Of a stretch of DNA of 18,298 bases, positions 18,085 through 18,298 are shown piece after piece. Under the pieces are notes generated by a model, which saw only the letters and a list, made by a program, of their open reading frames with translations, did no database searches and was not told the DNA's origin. The position numbers were made by a program, and so were the translations under genes. Numbering within the stretch: position 1 is the first letter of the stretch; each line of letters starts with the position of its first letter. The stretch comes from Amoeboradix gromovi X-113 (Eukaryota > Fungi > Sanchytriomycota): contig JADGIF010000130.1 of assembly GCA_018985225.1 (NCBI GenBank), forward strand, positions 1-18,298, written 5' to 3'.

Positions 18085-18199
18085 TTCTATCTCGCCTCAG
18101 GGTAGTGAAAGCGTGAGCAATCACTGTAACGGAGATCTAGCATTAGTTTCTCTGTGGATATTCTCGATTTTCTCGGAAATCAGGTCTTTCAACGAGGAG
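18085..18199 (+). ncRNA. Candidate Fanzor omegaRNA scaffold (copy B)
   Basis: Stem AGTGA(18104)/TCACT(18125) encloses GC-GTGA-GC (GNRA loop); terminal hairpin gatttt-ctcg-gaaatc (18166-18181). Conserved with copies A, C, D and E. Confidence 0.6.
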
Positions 18200-18298
18200 T
18201 ATCACGATCTTGAACATATAAATAGCACCACTAAAATATTAGTTTAATTAATAAATGCATCTGTGCTTAATCTCAAAAAGCCAAACCACCTAGCACCA

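Larger units (their letters stand above)
17630..18199 (+). mobile_element. IS607/Fanzor2 element remnant (copy B, best preserved)
   Basis: Starts AGACAGCT. One frame from 17768 reads KEITSRYSIHSSTLRN*SKHGRIRCLSMPRQ*YLYNLFKERLMFKCKQRGKTIIECNESFTGQTCTRCENLKKTNLET*TCTKCHLKIDRDHMAARNIYIKYL. Ends tcaggtctttcaacgaggag. Confidence 0.9.

Noticed and set aside
4983-18199. Repeat plus variable flank read as a CRISPR array
   Set aside because: Copies are dispersed, in both orientations and attached to transposon remnants. There is no tandem repeat-spacer periodicity and no cas genes.
18023-18247. 74-aa ORF MKIDRDHMAARNI... as a standalone gene
   Set aside because: TTG start; it is the tail of the Fanzor pseudogene reading through the scaffold into flank.
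1-18298. Genome-wide alternative genetic code (TGA=Trp), or tRNA/rRNA genes
   Set aside because: Conserved host genes end at TGA at their expected C-termini (RIB1, NTF2). No tRNA cloverleaf or rRNA sequence was recognised.

Overview
AT-rich, gene-dense, apparently intron-free eukaryotic nuclear DNA. The gene set and compaction suggest a reduced early-diverging fungus-like genome (inference). About 14 host ORFs: GT92-like glycosyltransferase, SmD2, ARID/SWI1-like, TRM112, Pol iota, ORC2, SLX9-like, RIB1, LEA-like, SIRT4-type sirtuin, NTF2, GUF1, SHY1/SURF1 and two small hypotheticals. Main result: most of the larger intergenic gaps hold eroded copies of one IS607-type Fanzor2 (eukaryotic TnpB/OMEGA) element family. 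There are 4 clear copies (4983-5935 -, 6367-6850 +, 14045-14355 -, 17630-18199 +), one copy with a clear right end but decayed body (7273-7860 -) and one weak copy (2385-2624 +). The shared layout is left end, MerR-like HTH from the start of IS607 TnpA, internal deletion, Fanzor C-terminus (E-x-x-T, CxxC...CxxC, DRDHMAARNI), then a conserved ~110-nt structured right end (candidate omegaRNA scaffold) ending in ...GAGGAG, followed by a different flank (candidate guide) in each copy. A separate TIR MITE family is also present, with one copy inserted into the zinc finger of a Fanzor remnant. No intact Fanzor or transposase is present in this window. All alignments were made by eye.
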